Positions 26,863 through 35,758 of a stretch of 47,580 nucleotides of DNA are shown in pieces. Made by a program: the position numbers and the translations under genes. Position 1 is the first letter of the stretch, and every line of letters begins with the position of its first letter. Under the pieces are notes generated by a model. The model did no database searches, was not told the DNA's origin, and worked only from the letters and a program-made list of their open reading frames with translations. Source of the stretch: Ruminococcaceae bacterium UBA5401 (GTDB lineage Bacteria; Bacillota; Clostridia; Oscillospirales; Acutalibacteraceae); the NCBI GenBank assembly GCA_002409675.1, contig DHOB01000082.1, positions 23,514 through 71,093 on the forward strand, in the 5' to 3' direction.

Positions 26863-28470
26863 TCACCCCGCCAGGCCGAGGCCGTACAGACCGTCGGCGA
26901 TGTCCCGGAAGGCGGGGCCGCAGGTCGTCCCGCCGCCGTCGCCCCCCTCGGCGAAAACGACGACGGCGTATTTCGGGTTTTGGTAGGGGTAAAACCCCGC
27001 ATACCACGACTGCACCTGCTCTTTGCCGTCCACGTACTTCCCGGTCTGGGCCGTGGCGGTCTTCGCGCCGGCGCCGCCGTGCGCGGGTTTTCCCTTCTGC
27101 CCCGTGCCCCCTTCGACGGAAGCCTGCATAAATTCCCGCAGCAGCCTCGCGGTCCGCGGCTGCAGGACCTGCTGTCCGCCGGGCTGCCGGGCCTTTTCCG
27201 TGAATTCCATGGCCTCGTCCACCAGCCCCTCGTAGAGGTACGGCTGTGTGAACCTGCCGTCCGCCGCAATCGCGTTGACCATCCCGGCAATCTGGAGCGG
27301 CGTGGCGGTCAGTTCGCCCTGCCCGAAGGAGAAATTGGCGAGCGCCCGCGGGATTTTCAGGCTCTCCGGCTTCGGCAGCACGCCTGCGGCCGAAACGACG
27401 CCGGGGGCGATTTCAAAAGACTGGCCGAACCCGAGGGAGCGGGCCGTCTGCAGAAATTTTTCCTGCGGAACCTTCTGCATCAGGTGGACAAAATACGTGT
27501 TGCAGGAGCGGGCGATGGCCTCCTTCATGGTTTCCGTGCCGTGGCTTTCGGAGTTGAAGCAGTGGAAGACCGTGCCGTCCACCTCGATGCCGCCGGTGCA
27601 GGTGTAGGTCTCGCCGGGCGAAATGCCGCTTTCCAGCGCGGCGGCCGCCGCCGCCAGCTTGAACACGGAGCCGACGCTGTACGCCGACGTCGCCCGGTTC
27701 AGCAGCGGGGAATCTTCGTCTTTGAGGACGGAGGCCACGTCGTCGGGCGAAAAATCCGGCCGGCTGACCATGGCGCGGATTTTCCCGGACGGGACTTCCA
27801 GAACCACGACGGCCCCGCGGTCCAGGTACCGGTCGGCGGCCCGTTCCGCAAGGCTCTGGATGCGGCTGTCCAGCGTGAGGACCACGCCGCTTTTCTGCCG
27901 CGCCGTGGTGTCGGTCACCGTTTCTTTTTCCCCGGGCAGAATCCGGTTCATCGCGTCCACGGGGTAAGAGACGACGATTCTTCCCTGCCCTGCGCTGAGC
28001 TGCCGGTCGAAGGCCTTCTCGATGCCGGAGGTCCCCTTTCCGGAACCGTCCAGAGAACCGAGGATATGCGCCGCGGGCTGGGGGTACGAATACCGCCCGG
28101 CGACGGAGAACACGCGGATTCCCTCGCAGGAAACCGCCTGCGGCAGTTTCAGCGTGAACGGCTTGCCCTCCTCCAGCAGCGGGAGGACCTCCTTCATCCT
28201 GTCCGCGGGCAGGGTGCGGTTCAGCGCGGCGTCGGCCTCGATGCCCGGCACCACGGCGGCGACCGTTTCTTTTTTTCCGGTTCCGGTCAGGGCGTTCCCG
28301 TTGCAGTCGTAGATCGTCCCGCGCGTCGAGGCCACCGTAAGCACGTATTTCTGCTGGCGCGCCGCGGCCTGCGCCAGCCCCGTGCCGTCGGAGACCCGGT
28401 ACACGCTCAGAATGCACAGAAACAGCGCCGTCGTGACGCAGCCGAAAAGGACGACCGCCCGCTTGGCCAT
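26863..28470 (-). CDS. Class B penicillin-binding protein (SpoVD/PbpI-like transpeptidase)
   Basis: N-terminal TM, RGTIYDCNG, GIEKAFD, LTLDSRIQ, SxxK (SVFK), SxN (SCN), third motif KTA; follows mltG-U32 like B. subtilis pbpI. Confidence 0.9.
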   Translation of the reverse strand: MAKRAVVLFGCVTTALFLCILSVYRVSDGTGLAQAAARQQKYVLTVASTRGTIYDCNGNALTGTGKKETVAAVVPGIEADAALNRTLPADRMKEVLPLLEEGKPFTLKLPQAVSCEGIRVFSVAGRYSYPQPAAHILGSLDGSGKGTSGIEKAFDRQLSAGQGRIVVSYPVDAMNRILPGEKETVTDTTARQKSGVVLTLDSRIQSLAERAADRYLDRGAVVVLEVPSGKIRAMVSRPDFSPDDVASVLKDEDSPLLNRATSAYSVGSVFKLAAAAAALESGISPGETYTCTGGIEVDGTVFHCFNSESHGTETMKEAIARSCNTYFVHLMQKVPQEKFLQTARSLGFGQSFEIAPGVVSAAGVLPKPESLKIPRALANFSFGQGELTATPLQIAGMVNAIAADGRFTQPYLYEGLVDEAMEFTEKARQPGGQQVLQPRTARLLREFMQASVEGGTGQKGKPAHGGAGAKTATAQTGKYVDGKEQVQSWYAGFYPYQNPKYAVVVFAEGGDGGGTTCGPAFRDIADGLYGLGLAG

Positions 28471-28491
28471 AAAAAAACACCCCCGCGGGCT

Positions 28492-28521
28492 TAGTCTGCC
28501 ACACGGGGGCACATTTTAAAC
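28492..28521 (-). promoter_or_regulatory. Possible forespore SigF/SigG-type promoter for the PBP gene
   Basis: GTTTA (28517-28521), 16 bp, GGCAGACTA (28492-28500). Confidence 0.45.
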
Positions 28522-29757
28522 ATTTGAAGCATCGGTGCGCGCGCGGAGGACGGCCCCCGCCGGGATGGGGCGTTCCGTGCGCAGAAAGACGGTCATCTCG
28601 GCGTGGTTCGCGCAGTCGACGGGGCTGCCGTCGGCGTCCAGCATATCGTCCAGCGCCACCGGATACGGCGGGACGCCCGGCTGCAGCACTTCCGCCGTTC
28701 CGCCGCGGAAAAATCGGTTCCTCTGCGAGAGCACGGCGCGCCCGCCGGACATTCCCTCGCAGACGGCGATGATTTCCCATCCGCGCACATAGCCGCCGCC
28801 CCGGTACACCTGCCCCGGCTCTCCGCCGAGGTAAAAGCCGGTGCAGTACTCGCGGTGGCTGACCTTTTCCGTCTCCTGCGCGATCCATTCGGGGAGCGGG
28901 GCGTCCGGCGCGCGGCCGAACGCGTCGACGGCGCAGCGGTAGGCGTTCGCGGTCACCGCGGCGTAATAGGCCGACTTCGCCCGGCCCTCGATTTTCAGGC
29001 TGTCCACGCCGGCCCGCGCGAGCTCCGGGATATGGCGGATCATGCACAGGTCGCGCGAGTTCAGGATATAGGTGCCGCCGTCTTTTTCAAACACGGGCAT
29101 GTACCGCCCGGGGCGGGTCTCCTCGACCAGCGAGTATTTCCAGCGGCAGGGCTGCGCGCACTGGCCGCGGTTCCCGTCCCGGCCCGTGAAGTAATTGGAA
29201 AGCAGGCATCTGCCGGAAAACGACACGCACATCGCGCCGTGGACGAAGGCCTCCAGCTCCAGCTCTTTGGGCGTCTTCGCCCGGATGCCGGCGATTTCCT
29301 CCAGCGTCAGCTCGCGGGCGAGAATCACGCGCCCGGCCCCCAGCTCGTAACACGCGCGGGCGGCGGCCCAGTTCGTCACGCCCGCCTGGGTGGAGATATG
29401 AAGCTCGACGCCCGGCGCGTATTTCTGCGCCAGGCGCAGCACGCCCAGGTCGGTCACAATCAGCGCGTCGACGCCCGCCGCCTTGGCGGAGCGCAGAAAT
29501 TCCGGCAGACGGGCGCATTCTTCGTTGTGCACGACCGTGTTGCAGGTCAGGTAGACCCGCACCCCGGCGCCGTGGGCAAAGCGGACCGCCTCCGCCAGCT
29601 CCTCCGGGCCGAAATTGGCCGGCGAGGACCGCATGCCGAACTCGCGGCCCGCCAGATAGACCGCATCCGCGCCGAACCGGACGGCCGCCTCCAGCCGCTC
29701 GCGGTCCCCGGCGGGGGAAAGGACTTCCGGCAGGGCCGGGTTTCTCCTCCACCGCAT
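28516..29757 (-). CDS. Peptidase U32 family protein (TrhP-like tRNA hydroxylation protein)
   Basis: PEVLSPAG, GADAVY, HISTQ, EAFVHGAMCVSFSGRC...CAQPCR (Fe-S Cys), LKIEGR. Confidence 0.92.
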   Translation of the reverse strand: MRWRRNPALPEVLSPAGDRERLEAAVRFGADAVYLAGREFGMRSSPANFGPEELAEAVRFAHGAGVRVYLTCNTVVHNEECARLPEFLRSAKAAGVDALIVTDLGVLRLAQKYAPGVELHISTQAGVTNWAAARACYELGAGRVILARELTLEEIAGIRAKTPKELELEAFVHGAMCVSFSGRCLLSNYFTGRDGNRGQCAQPCRWKYSLVEETRPGRYMPVFEKDGGTYILNSRDLCMIRHIPELARAGVDSLKIEGRAKSAYYAAVTANAYRCAVDAFGRAPDAPLPEWIAQETEKVSHREYCTGFYLGGEPGQVYRGGGYVRGWEIIAVCEGMSGGRAVLSQRNRFFRGGTAEVLQPGVPPYPVALDDMLDADGSPVDCANHAEMTVFLRTERPIPAGAVLRARTDASNV

Positions 29758-31019
29758 CAGCGCAGGCCCGCTTTCTTCAGGTTGACGAGGTGCTGCGTCT
29801 CCGTTCTGGCGTAATAGGCCTTGCCCGCTTCGCTGTGGCAGAAATAGTAGTACCGGGTCGAAGCGGGGTTCAGCGCGGCGTCGACGGCCTCCAGCCCCGG
29901 GCTGCAGATGGGCCCCGGCGGAAGGCCCTCGAAGGAATAGGTGTCGTACCGGCTCTTGTAGGTGCTGCGGAGGCTGGCCGGGACCGCGGCCTTCTTGCGG
30001 TAGGGGTAGTAGATGGTGGGGTCGGAGTCCAGCCTGCGGAGCCGCGCCGTCTTGCTGTTCAGGCGGTTGTGGAAGACGGACGAAACGAGGTACATGTCGT
30101 TTTTGTCGGCGGCCTCCGCCTGAATCATCGAAGCCAGCGTCAGCGTCTGGTCCAGCGTCATGCCGCGCTCGGCGGCTTTCTGGCGGATCTGCTTGGTCAG
30201 CTTGGCGTTGCAGTTGCTGACCAGCTTCCGGACGGCCTGCTCGGGGTACTCGTTCTTAAAGAACTCATACGTGTCCGGGAAAAGGTACCCCTCCAGCCTG
30301 TAATACCGCTCGGGTTTGGCGGAGATGCTCCCCAGCATTGAAAAGCTGCCGTCCAGCTTTGTGCTCTGAATCACTTCAATCGCGTCCTTCGCGGAGCATA
30401 CGCCGCTTTTTTCCAGCTTCGCCGCGATCTCAAGCGCGTTCATGCCCTCGGTAAAAGTGATTTTGACGGTGTCCACGCGGTTTTTGGTCGACTGGATGGA
30501 GTGCATCAGCGCAAGGTAATCCATCCCCGCGGTGATTTTATAGCTGCCGCCGTCGAACTTTTTCGGTGCGCCCGTCAGGGTTGCGTACAGCCTGAAAAAG
30601 GCGGCGTCGCGCACCGCGCCCGCCCGGTGGAGCACCTGCGCGACCTGGTCGACCGTCGCGTTCTTCGGGATCTCCACCGTGACGGTCACGTTCTGCCGGC
30701 CGACGCCCATCATGTCGTTGACGCCGGAGACCGCGTATTTCGCCAGCAGCAGCGAAACCAGCAGCACCATGGAGAGCCAGATGAAGCGGAAAAAGCGCCT
30801 GTTTTTCCGCCCCTTTTCCCGGTCGCGCAGGGTATGCGCAAGGCGGGCCCGCTCCAGGGCGGCGCCTTCCGGAAAAGAAGCGCGCCGCCGCGCCTCGCGC
30901 GGGTCGCTGTAGCTGCTGATGGCCTCGGGGCGTTCTTCTTCCCCGTCCCCGCGAATCTGCAGGCGGAAATTTTCGACTTTTCTGCGGTGCTCGTCGCCGA
31001 CCCTGGGTTCGTCGTTCAT
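29757..31019 (-). CDS. mltG: Endolytic transglycosylase MltG
   Basis: N-terminal TM, LEGYLFPDTY, ASMIQAE (catalytic Glu), VFHNRL, SDPT, GLPPGPICSPG. Confidence 0.95.
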   Translation of the reverse strand: MNDEPRVGDEHRRKVENFRLQIRGDGEEERPEAISSYSDPREARRRASFPEGAALERARLAHTLRDREKGRKNRRFFRFIWLSMVLLVSLLLAKYAVSGVNDMMGVGRQNVTVTVEIPKNATVDQVAQVLHRAGAVRDAAFFRLYATLTGAPKKFDGGSYKITAGMDYLALMHSIQSTKNRVDTVKITFTEGMNALEIAAKLEKSGVCSAKDAIEVIQSTKLDGSFSMLGSISAKPERYYRLEGYLFPDTYEFFKNEYPEQAVRKLVSNCNAKLTKQIRQKAAERGMTLDQTLTLASMIQAEAADKNDMYLVSSVFHNRLNSKTARLRRLDSDPTIYYPYRKKAAVPASLRSTYKSRYDTYSFEGLPPGPICSPGLEAVDAALNPASTRYYYFCHSEAGKAYYARTETQHLVNLKKAGLR

Positions 31020-31035
31020 GCACGTTCCTCCGCTG

Positions 31036-31641
31036 TCACGAGTTGAGGTGCCCGTCCGACAGGCGCCGGACGTATTTTTCGGTCACAAGAATATCCACGG
31101 GCCGGTCGTAATAGCCGTGCGGCAGGTCCCACCGAACGCATCCGGAGTAGCACAGCCCGACCGTCACCCCGCCGAAGCCGGCCAGAAAGCGGTCGTAGTA
31201 CCCCCTGCCGTACCCCAGGCGGTACCCCTGCGAGTCGAAACTGAGGCCGGGCACGACGCACAGCACCCCCGGCCCGGCCTCCCCGGCGGGCGCGCAGCGG
31301 GCGGGGTCCGGCTCCAGCACGCCGTAGCGGCCGGGCACAAGGTCCTCCATCGACCGGATTTCGTAAAACCGCATGCCCAAAGTCTGCGGGATGCAGAGCG
31401 GCGCGGCAATCCGGCGCCCCGCGGCGAGCGCGCGGGAAATCATGCCCCGCGTGTCCACCTCCAGAGGCTTGCTGACATAGGTGAAAAGGACCTCCGCACC
31501 GGCATATTCCCGCAGCGAGAGGAACCTTTCCCGGATGGCGACGTCCAGCGCGGCCTTCCGGTCCGGTTCCATGCGGCTGCGGGAGCGCCGGCACTGCGCG
31601 CGCAGGTTCTGCTTGACCTCGCGGATATTCTTTATATACAT
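31036..31641 (-). CDS. 5-formyltetrahydrofolate cyclo-ligase
   Basis: KQNLR, EVDT, YGVLEP, VPGLSFD..GYRLGYGRGYYDRFL, YDRPVD. Confidence 0.93.
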   Translation of the reverse strand: MYIKNIREVKQNLRAQCRRSRSRMEPDRKAALDVAIRERFLSLREYAGAEVLFTYVSKPLEVDTRGMISRALAAGRRIAAPLCIPQTLGMRFYEIRSMEDLVPGRYGVLEPDPARCAPAGEAGPGVLCVVPGLSFDSQGYRLGYGRGYYDRFLAGFGGVTVGLCYSGCVRWDLPHGYYDRPVDILVTEKYVRRLSDGHLNS

Positions 31642-32171
31642 TGAATATTTTGCCTGATTTGCCGGGATTTTTCCGCCCCGCAGAGGATTTCGACGATTTT
31701 AAGGGCGAAATCGACCGCCACGCCCGCGCCGCGCGCGGTCACGAACCGGCCGCTCACGCACACCGGGTCTTTGGAGAGGGCCTTCGCGCCGAGCTCCGGT
31801 TCAAAACCGGGGAAGCAGGTCGCGGTCTGCCCTTTCAGCAGCCCCAGGTGCCCCAGAATCGACGGCGCGGCGCAGATGGCGGCGATCCGCCTGCCGCCCT
31901 GCGCGCAGTGCAGAATGGCGGCGCGCACCACGGGCGATTTCTCCAGGTTTTTTGTGCCGGGCATTCCCCCGGGCAGAATCACCATGTCCAGGTGGTCGAG
32001 GGAAATGTCCTTCGCCTCGACGTCGGCGGTCACTTCGACGCCGTGCGAGCCCCGCACGCGGGGGCCGCCGACCCCGACCGTCTGAATCTTTACGCCGGCG
32101 CGGCGGAGGATGTCCACCGGGGCCAGAGCCTCCACTTCCTCAAAGCCTTCGGCCAGAAACAGGTCAATCAT
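31632..32171 (-). CDS. DJ-1/PfpI family protein (ThiJ/YajL-like)
   Basis: GFEEVE, LPGGMPG, AAICAAP (nucleophilic Cys), TARGAG. Confidence 0.93.
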   Translation of the reverse strand: MIDLFLAEGFEEVEALAPVDILRRAGVKIQTVGVGGPRVRGSHGVEVTADVEAKDISLDHLDMVILPGGMPGTKNLEKSPVVRAAILHCAQGGRRIAAICAAPSILGHLGLLKGQTATCFPGFEPELGAKALSKDPVCVSGRFVTARGAGVAVDFALKIVEILCGAEKSRQIRQNIQCI

Positions 32172-32250
32172 CGCAAAAACTCCTTTCAGCCCGCCACGCG
32201 GCGGGATTTTAAAATTTCAAAACACCGTGCCTTACAAGCCGGAGATGGTC

Positions 32251-33129
32251 TCAGTCCATCGCAAGGCCCAGATACGGAAAATGGGGCTGCGCGTCGCCGG
32301 GGAGCGCGCCTCCGAGCGGCTTTATCATCCCGAAGCGCGCCGTTTCGCCTTCCCCCGGGAACGGCCCGCATCCGGCGGGCAGGCGCAGCCGGTAGCGCCC
32401 GGCGGGCATCTCCCGCAGCAGCGCCGCGGCGAGAGCCGGCAGGGCGGCTTCATCCGCCATCAGCTCCAGCACCAGGCAGGCGTCCCCTTCCCTGCGGCAG
32501 AGGGCGTATCCCAGCCCGCCGCCCCCGCGGGCACAGACCAGCCGGTCGCCGTAAACGCCGCTCATGCCACACGCGGCGTAGAACATCCGGTCGCTCCACA
32601 GCAGAGAGCCGCCGCAGCCGCGCAGGCAGGCGCCGCGCAGGGCGTTGAGCTCCCCCGGCCGCGCGAGCACCCTGCCCGCATACCGCGCGCCTTCCGCAGC
32701 GCGGCGCATCCGCGCCGCCGGAACCGAAAGCATCCGCACCGTGAAAAAATCGGCGTACCCGAGCTTCGCGTAGAAGCCGAACAGGTCTTCCCCCGAGGGC
32801 ACCACGGCGGAAAAGCAGTCGCCGCGCCGCGCCCCAGTCAGGGCGGCGAACGCCAGCAGCGAGGACATGTACCCCCGCGAGCGGTATTCCGGCAGGGTCG
32901 CCGCCGCGAACACATACTGCGCCTGCAGCCGCCGCTCCCCCGCGAGAATCTGCGCGGGGAGCAGGTAAACCGCCGAAACGACCCTGCCGCCGACGCGGTA
33001 GACCGCGCAGTCCCGCGGCGAAACGCCGCTGTTGAGAAAATGGCGCGGAATCCGCGCCGGGTCGTGAAAGGCCGCCTGCCAGAGCGTCGAAAGCTCGCCG
33101 CGCATCCCCCGCCGGGCAAATTCAATCAT
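32251..33129 (-). CDS. GNAT family N-acetyltransferase (Eis-like N-terminal domain)
   Basis: Start MIEFA overlaps the tmk stop; LWQAAFHD, ATLPEYRSRGYMSSLL (acetyl-CoA motif A), FYAKLGY. Confidence 0.85.
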   Translation of the reverse strand: MIEFARRGMRGELSTLWQAAFHDPARIPRHFLNSGVSPRDCAVYRVGGRVVSAVYLLPAQILAGERRLQAQYVFAAATLPEYRSRGYMSSLLAFAALTGARRGDCFSAVVPSGEDLFGFYAKLGYADFFTVRMLSVPAARMRRAAEGARYAGRVLARPGELNALRGACLRGCGGSLLWSDRMFYAACGMSGVYGDRLVCARGGGGLGYALCRREGDACLVLELMADEAALPALAAALLREMPAGRYRLRLPAGCGPFPGEGETARFGMIKPLGGALPGDAQPHFPYLGLAMD

Positions 33130-33827
33130 CTTGTAAGCCCCGCGCGGGAAGCGCCGCCCCCGGCGCACAGCTCCCGCAGCACAATCCGCAGAATCTCCGC
33201 ATGGACCTGCTCCGCGGGTCTGGGGGCGCCGTTTTCGGCGCAGGCCACCGTTTTCCACCCGAACCGGCGCACGGCGTAGGCCGCGCTGCGGCGGCAGGCG
33301 GCGAGGTAAGCCGAGCTGCTCTCGTGGATATCCCGCCTGCCCCCCGCGAGGCAGCGCTTCTCAATCAGCCTTTCCGAAGCCGGGGCGGGCATGTCCAGAT
33401 AGACCGTGAGGTCCGGTTTCGGGATGCCCAGCTTGCCGTACTCGAAATCCTCCAGCCACGCGACGAAGCCGTCCCATTCCGCGCGCGGGAGCTTCGGCAT
33501 CTGGTAAATCACGTTGGAGGTCGCGTACCGGTCGGCGAGAATCAGCACGCCGTTCCGGTAGTCCTCCCCCCATTCTCTGCGGAAGCTCGCATAGCGGTCC
33601 ACCGCAAAGAACGTGGAGGCCGCGTAGGCGTTCACGTCGCCGGGGTCCCTGCCGAACTCGCCGTCCAGGTACATGCGGACCGGCTCGGAATACGGCTCGC
33701 CGTAGCGGGGGAATTTGACCCGGCGCAGCGGCACGCCCCGCCCGCGCAGGGCCCGCGCCAGCAGGGCCGTCTGCGTAGTCTTGCCGCTGCCGTCCAGGCC
33801 CTCCAGCAGGACGAGCTTCCCGCTCAC
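33126..33827 (-). CDS. tmk: Thymidylate kinase
   Basis: GTG start overlaps the thyX stop; EGLDGSGKTTQ P-loop, FPRY, ADRY, PKPDLTVYLD, DIHE. Confidence 0.9.
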   Translation of the reverse strand: MSGKLVLLEGLDGSGKTTQTALLARALRGRGVPLRRVKFPRYGEPYSEPVRMYLDGEFGRDPGDVNAYAASTFFAVDRYASFRREWGEDYRNGVLILADRYATSNVIYQMPKLPRAEWDGFVAWLEDFEYGKLGIPKPDLTVYLDMPAPASERLIEKRCLAGGRRDIHESSSAYLAACRRSAAYAVRRFGWKTVACAENGAPRPAEQVHAEILRIVLRELCAGGGASRAGLTR

Positions 33828-34597
33828 GGGTTTTCTCCCCGCCGCGCGTAAAACCGCCGGATCTCCTCGGCGCGCCCGCAGGACATCGGCCCTTCCGGGC
33901 AGCCGCCGCGCACGCAGGGCGGCCCCGCATGCAGAAAAATGTGGGGCGCGGCGCCCCGCGCCAGGCGGAGCATTTCGTTCGCGACGCCGCGGATTTCCCA
34001 CTGGGCCCGCAGGCAGCATCGCAGCGAAAAGACATGGAGCAGCTCGCGCGCGTTGAAGGTGCAGACCATCTCCGTCTCGCAGGCGTTCGGCAGCACGAAG
34101 CGGGCGTCCTCCCGCGCCTTACGGCGCGCCTCGCGCAGGGCGGTCTTCCCGTCTTTCCCGGCCTCCAGCAGCGCGCGCCGGTGCTTTTCCGTCAGCAGGG
34201 CGGCAAGCCGGGCGTAATGCCGGCGGTCCTCCTCCATTGCCTGCTCGAATTCCCGCTTCGCTTCCGGAACGGCCGCAATTTCTGGCGGGACGACATAGCC
34301 GAACTCCGCTTCGCCGACATAGCGCTGGCTCTTCACACTGTAGGAAGCGATGCGGTGCCGCGTAATCTGGGCCAGGAACGAGCGGGAAACGCCCGCGATG
34401 CCGAACGTGAAGGAGGCGTGTTCCAGCGGGCTTTCGTGCCCCATCTCCGCCAGCTTCTGGACGAAGGCGGCCGTCTTTTCGGGCGTCAGGCCCTCCGCAA
34501 TCTGCGAGATTCCCGCGGAGGAGTAGCACAGCTTCGCCGCGGCCGCCACGACCTTTTCCGGCTCCGGCGTATAGGCAATCAGGGCGACTTTCGCCAT
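33824..34597 (-). CDS. thyX: FAD-dependent thymidylate synthase (start may be TTG at 34603)
   Basis: GHESPLEH, ThyX motif RHRIASYSVKSQRY, EDARFVLPNA, RAQWEIR. Confidence 0.96.
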   Translation of the reverse strand: MAKVALIAYTPEPEKVVAAAAKLCYSSAGISQIAEGLTPEKTAAFVQKLAEMGHESPLEHASFTFGIAGVSRSFLAQITRHRIASYSVKSQRYVGEAEFGYVVPPEIAAVPEAKREFEQAMEEDRRHYARLAALLTEKHRRALLEAGKDGKTALREARRKAREDARFVLPNACETEMVCTFNARELLHVFSLRCCLRAQWEIRGVANEMLRLARGAAPHIFLHAGPPCVRGGCPEGPMSCGRAEEIRRFYARRGENP

Positions 34598-34679
34598 TTT
34601 CAAATCCGTCCTTTTCTTTTATAGAAAGTCCCATGCGGACGGGCCCGTTTTGCCCCGCGCGCAGCTGTAAATCTAAACT

Positions 34680-34708
34680 ATTATAACAATCCGCCCGCCC
34701 GGATGCAA
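34680..34708 (-). promoter_or_regulatory. SigA promoter of the thyX operon
   Basis: TTGCAT (34703-34708), 17 bp, extended TGn-TATAAT (34680-34685). Confidence 0.75.
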
Positions 34709-34730
34709 GCCCGGCAGCAGCGCCGAAATT

Positions 34731-34761
34731 AAAAAAGCCCTTCCCCCACACCGGGGAAGGG
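34731..34761 (-). terminator. Intrinsic terminator after the alpha/beta hydrolase
   Basis: CCCTTCCCC-GGTGTG-GGGGAAGGG-CTTTTTT. Confidence 0.75.
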
Positions 34762-34812
34762 AGCGTCCGGCGCTTTTTAAATGTAAGTTCCGGAACGAAA
34801 AATTCAGAAGAT

Positions 34813-35628
34813 CTAAGAAAGCCCCAGAAAGCGGGCCAGCTCGCGGTTGAATTTTTCACGCTCGTCGTAAAACAGGCCGTGCCCGCTGTTTTTGAACGGA
34901 ACCAGCACGGAGCCCGCGACGGCCTCGTGCTGGGCGACGGCGAGCGGAAAGAGGCAGACCCGGTCGTGGATGCCGTGCAGGATGAGGGTCGGGACCCGGA
35001 TCTTCGCAAGGTCGTCGAACAGCGTCTCCACCAGCCACGCACGCGAAACCGCCATGGTGGACCAGCTCGCCGCCTCAAGGCCCATCAGGAAGAACCACTG
35101 CGCGAACGCGGGCGTGACCTTGCGGTAAAAGAAAGTCTCCCCGAAATCGCGCAGCATCTGCGGGCGGTCCCGGCCCGTGGCCCCGATGATGTCCTCCACC
35201 TCCGCGCCCGAAATCCCGTAGGGGAAGCCGGGCCGGCGAATCAGGCTCGGCGCTGCGGCGGCAAGAAGCGCCAGCCGGGCGACGCCGTACCCGCCGTGCC
35301 GGGCCATGTAGCGGGCGGCGACGGCGCCGCCGGTCGAGTGCCCCGCGAGGGTCAGGTCTTCGGCGTGCAGAAACTCAATCACGCACCGCACGTCGTCCGC
35401 AAGCCGGTCGTACCCGTAGCCGGAAAGCGGCTTATCCGACTTGCCGAAGCCCCGCATGTCCATCCCGATGCAGCGGCAGCCCATGGCCAGAAGCGCGTTG
35501 TACTGGTACTCAAACATCCTGTGGCTGGCCGGCCACCCGTGCAGGAACAGGACCGGCTTCTTCCCGGCCGGGTTGATGTCGTTCAGGTAGACCCGGACCT
35601 GCGGCTCCACTTCCACCATATATTCCAT
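34813..35628 (-). CDS. Alpha/beta hydrolase (non-heme chloroperoxidase/arylesterase-like)
   Basis: HGWP oxyanion motif, DMRGFGKS, GHSTGG nucleophile elbow, HGIHD, SGHG. Confidence 0.92.
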   Translation of the reverse strand: MEYMVEVEPQVRVYLNDINPAGKKPVLFLHGWPASHRMFEYQYNALLAMGCRCIGMDMRGFGKSDKPLSGYGYDRLADDVRCVIEFLHAEDLTLAGHSTGGAVAARYMARHGGYGVARLALLAAAAPSLIRRPGFPYGISGAEVEDIIGATGRDRPQMLRDFGETFFYRKVTPAFAQWFFLMGLEAASWSTMAVSRAWLVETLFDDLAKIRVPTLILHGIHDRVCLFPLAVAQHEAVAGSVLVPFKNSGHGLFYDEREKFNRELARFLGLS

Positions 35629-35758
35629 ATCGGCACCTTCCCGTATCTGTGATATTCATCTTTATTCCGAAAATCCGGGAAAAATGCCTGCGCCGCCGGG
35701 CATGATACAAAATATCGCCCCCGGCGGAAACCGGAGGCGGCGAATAAAAGCCGAAGCC

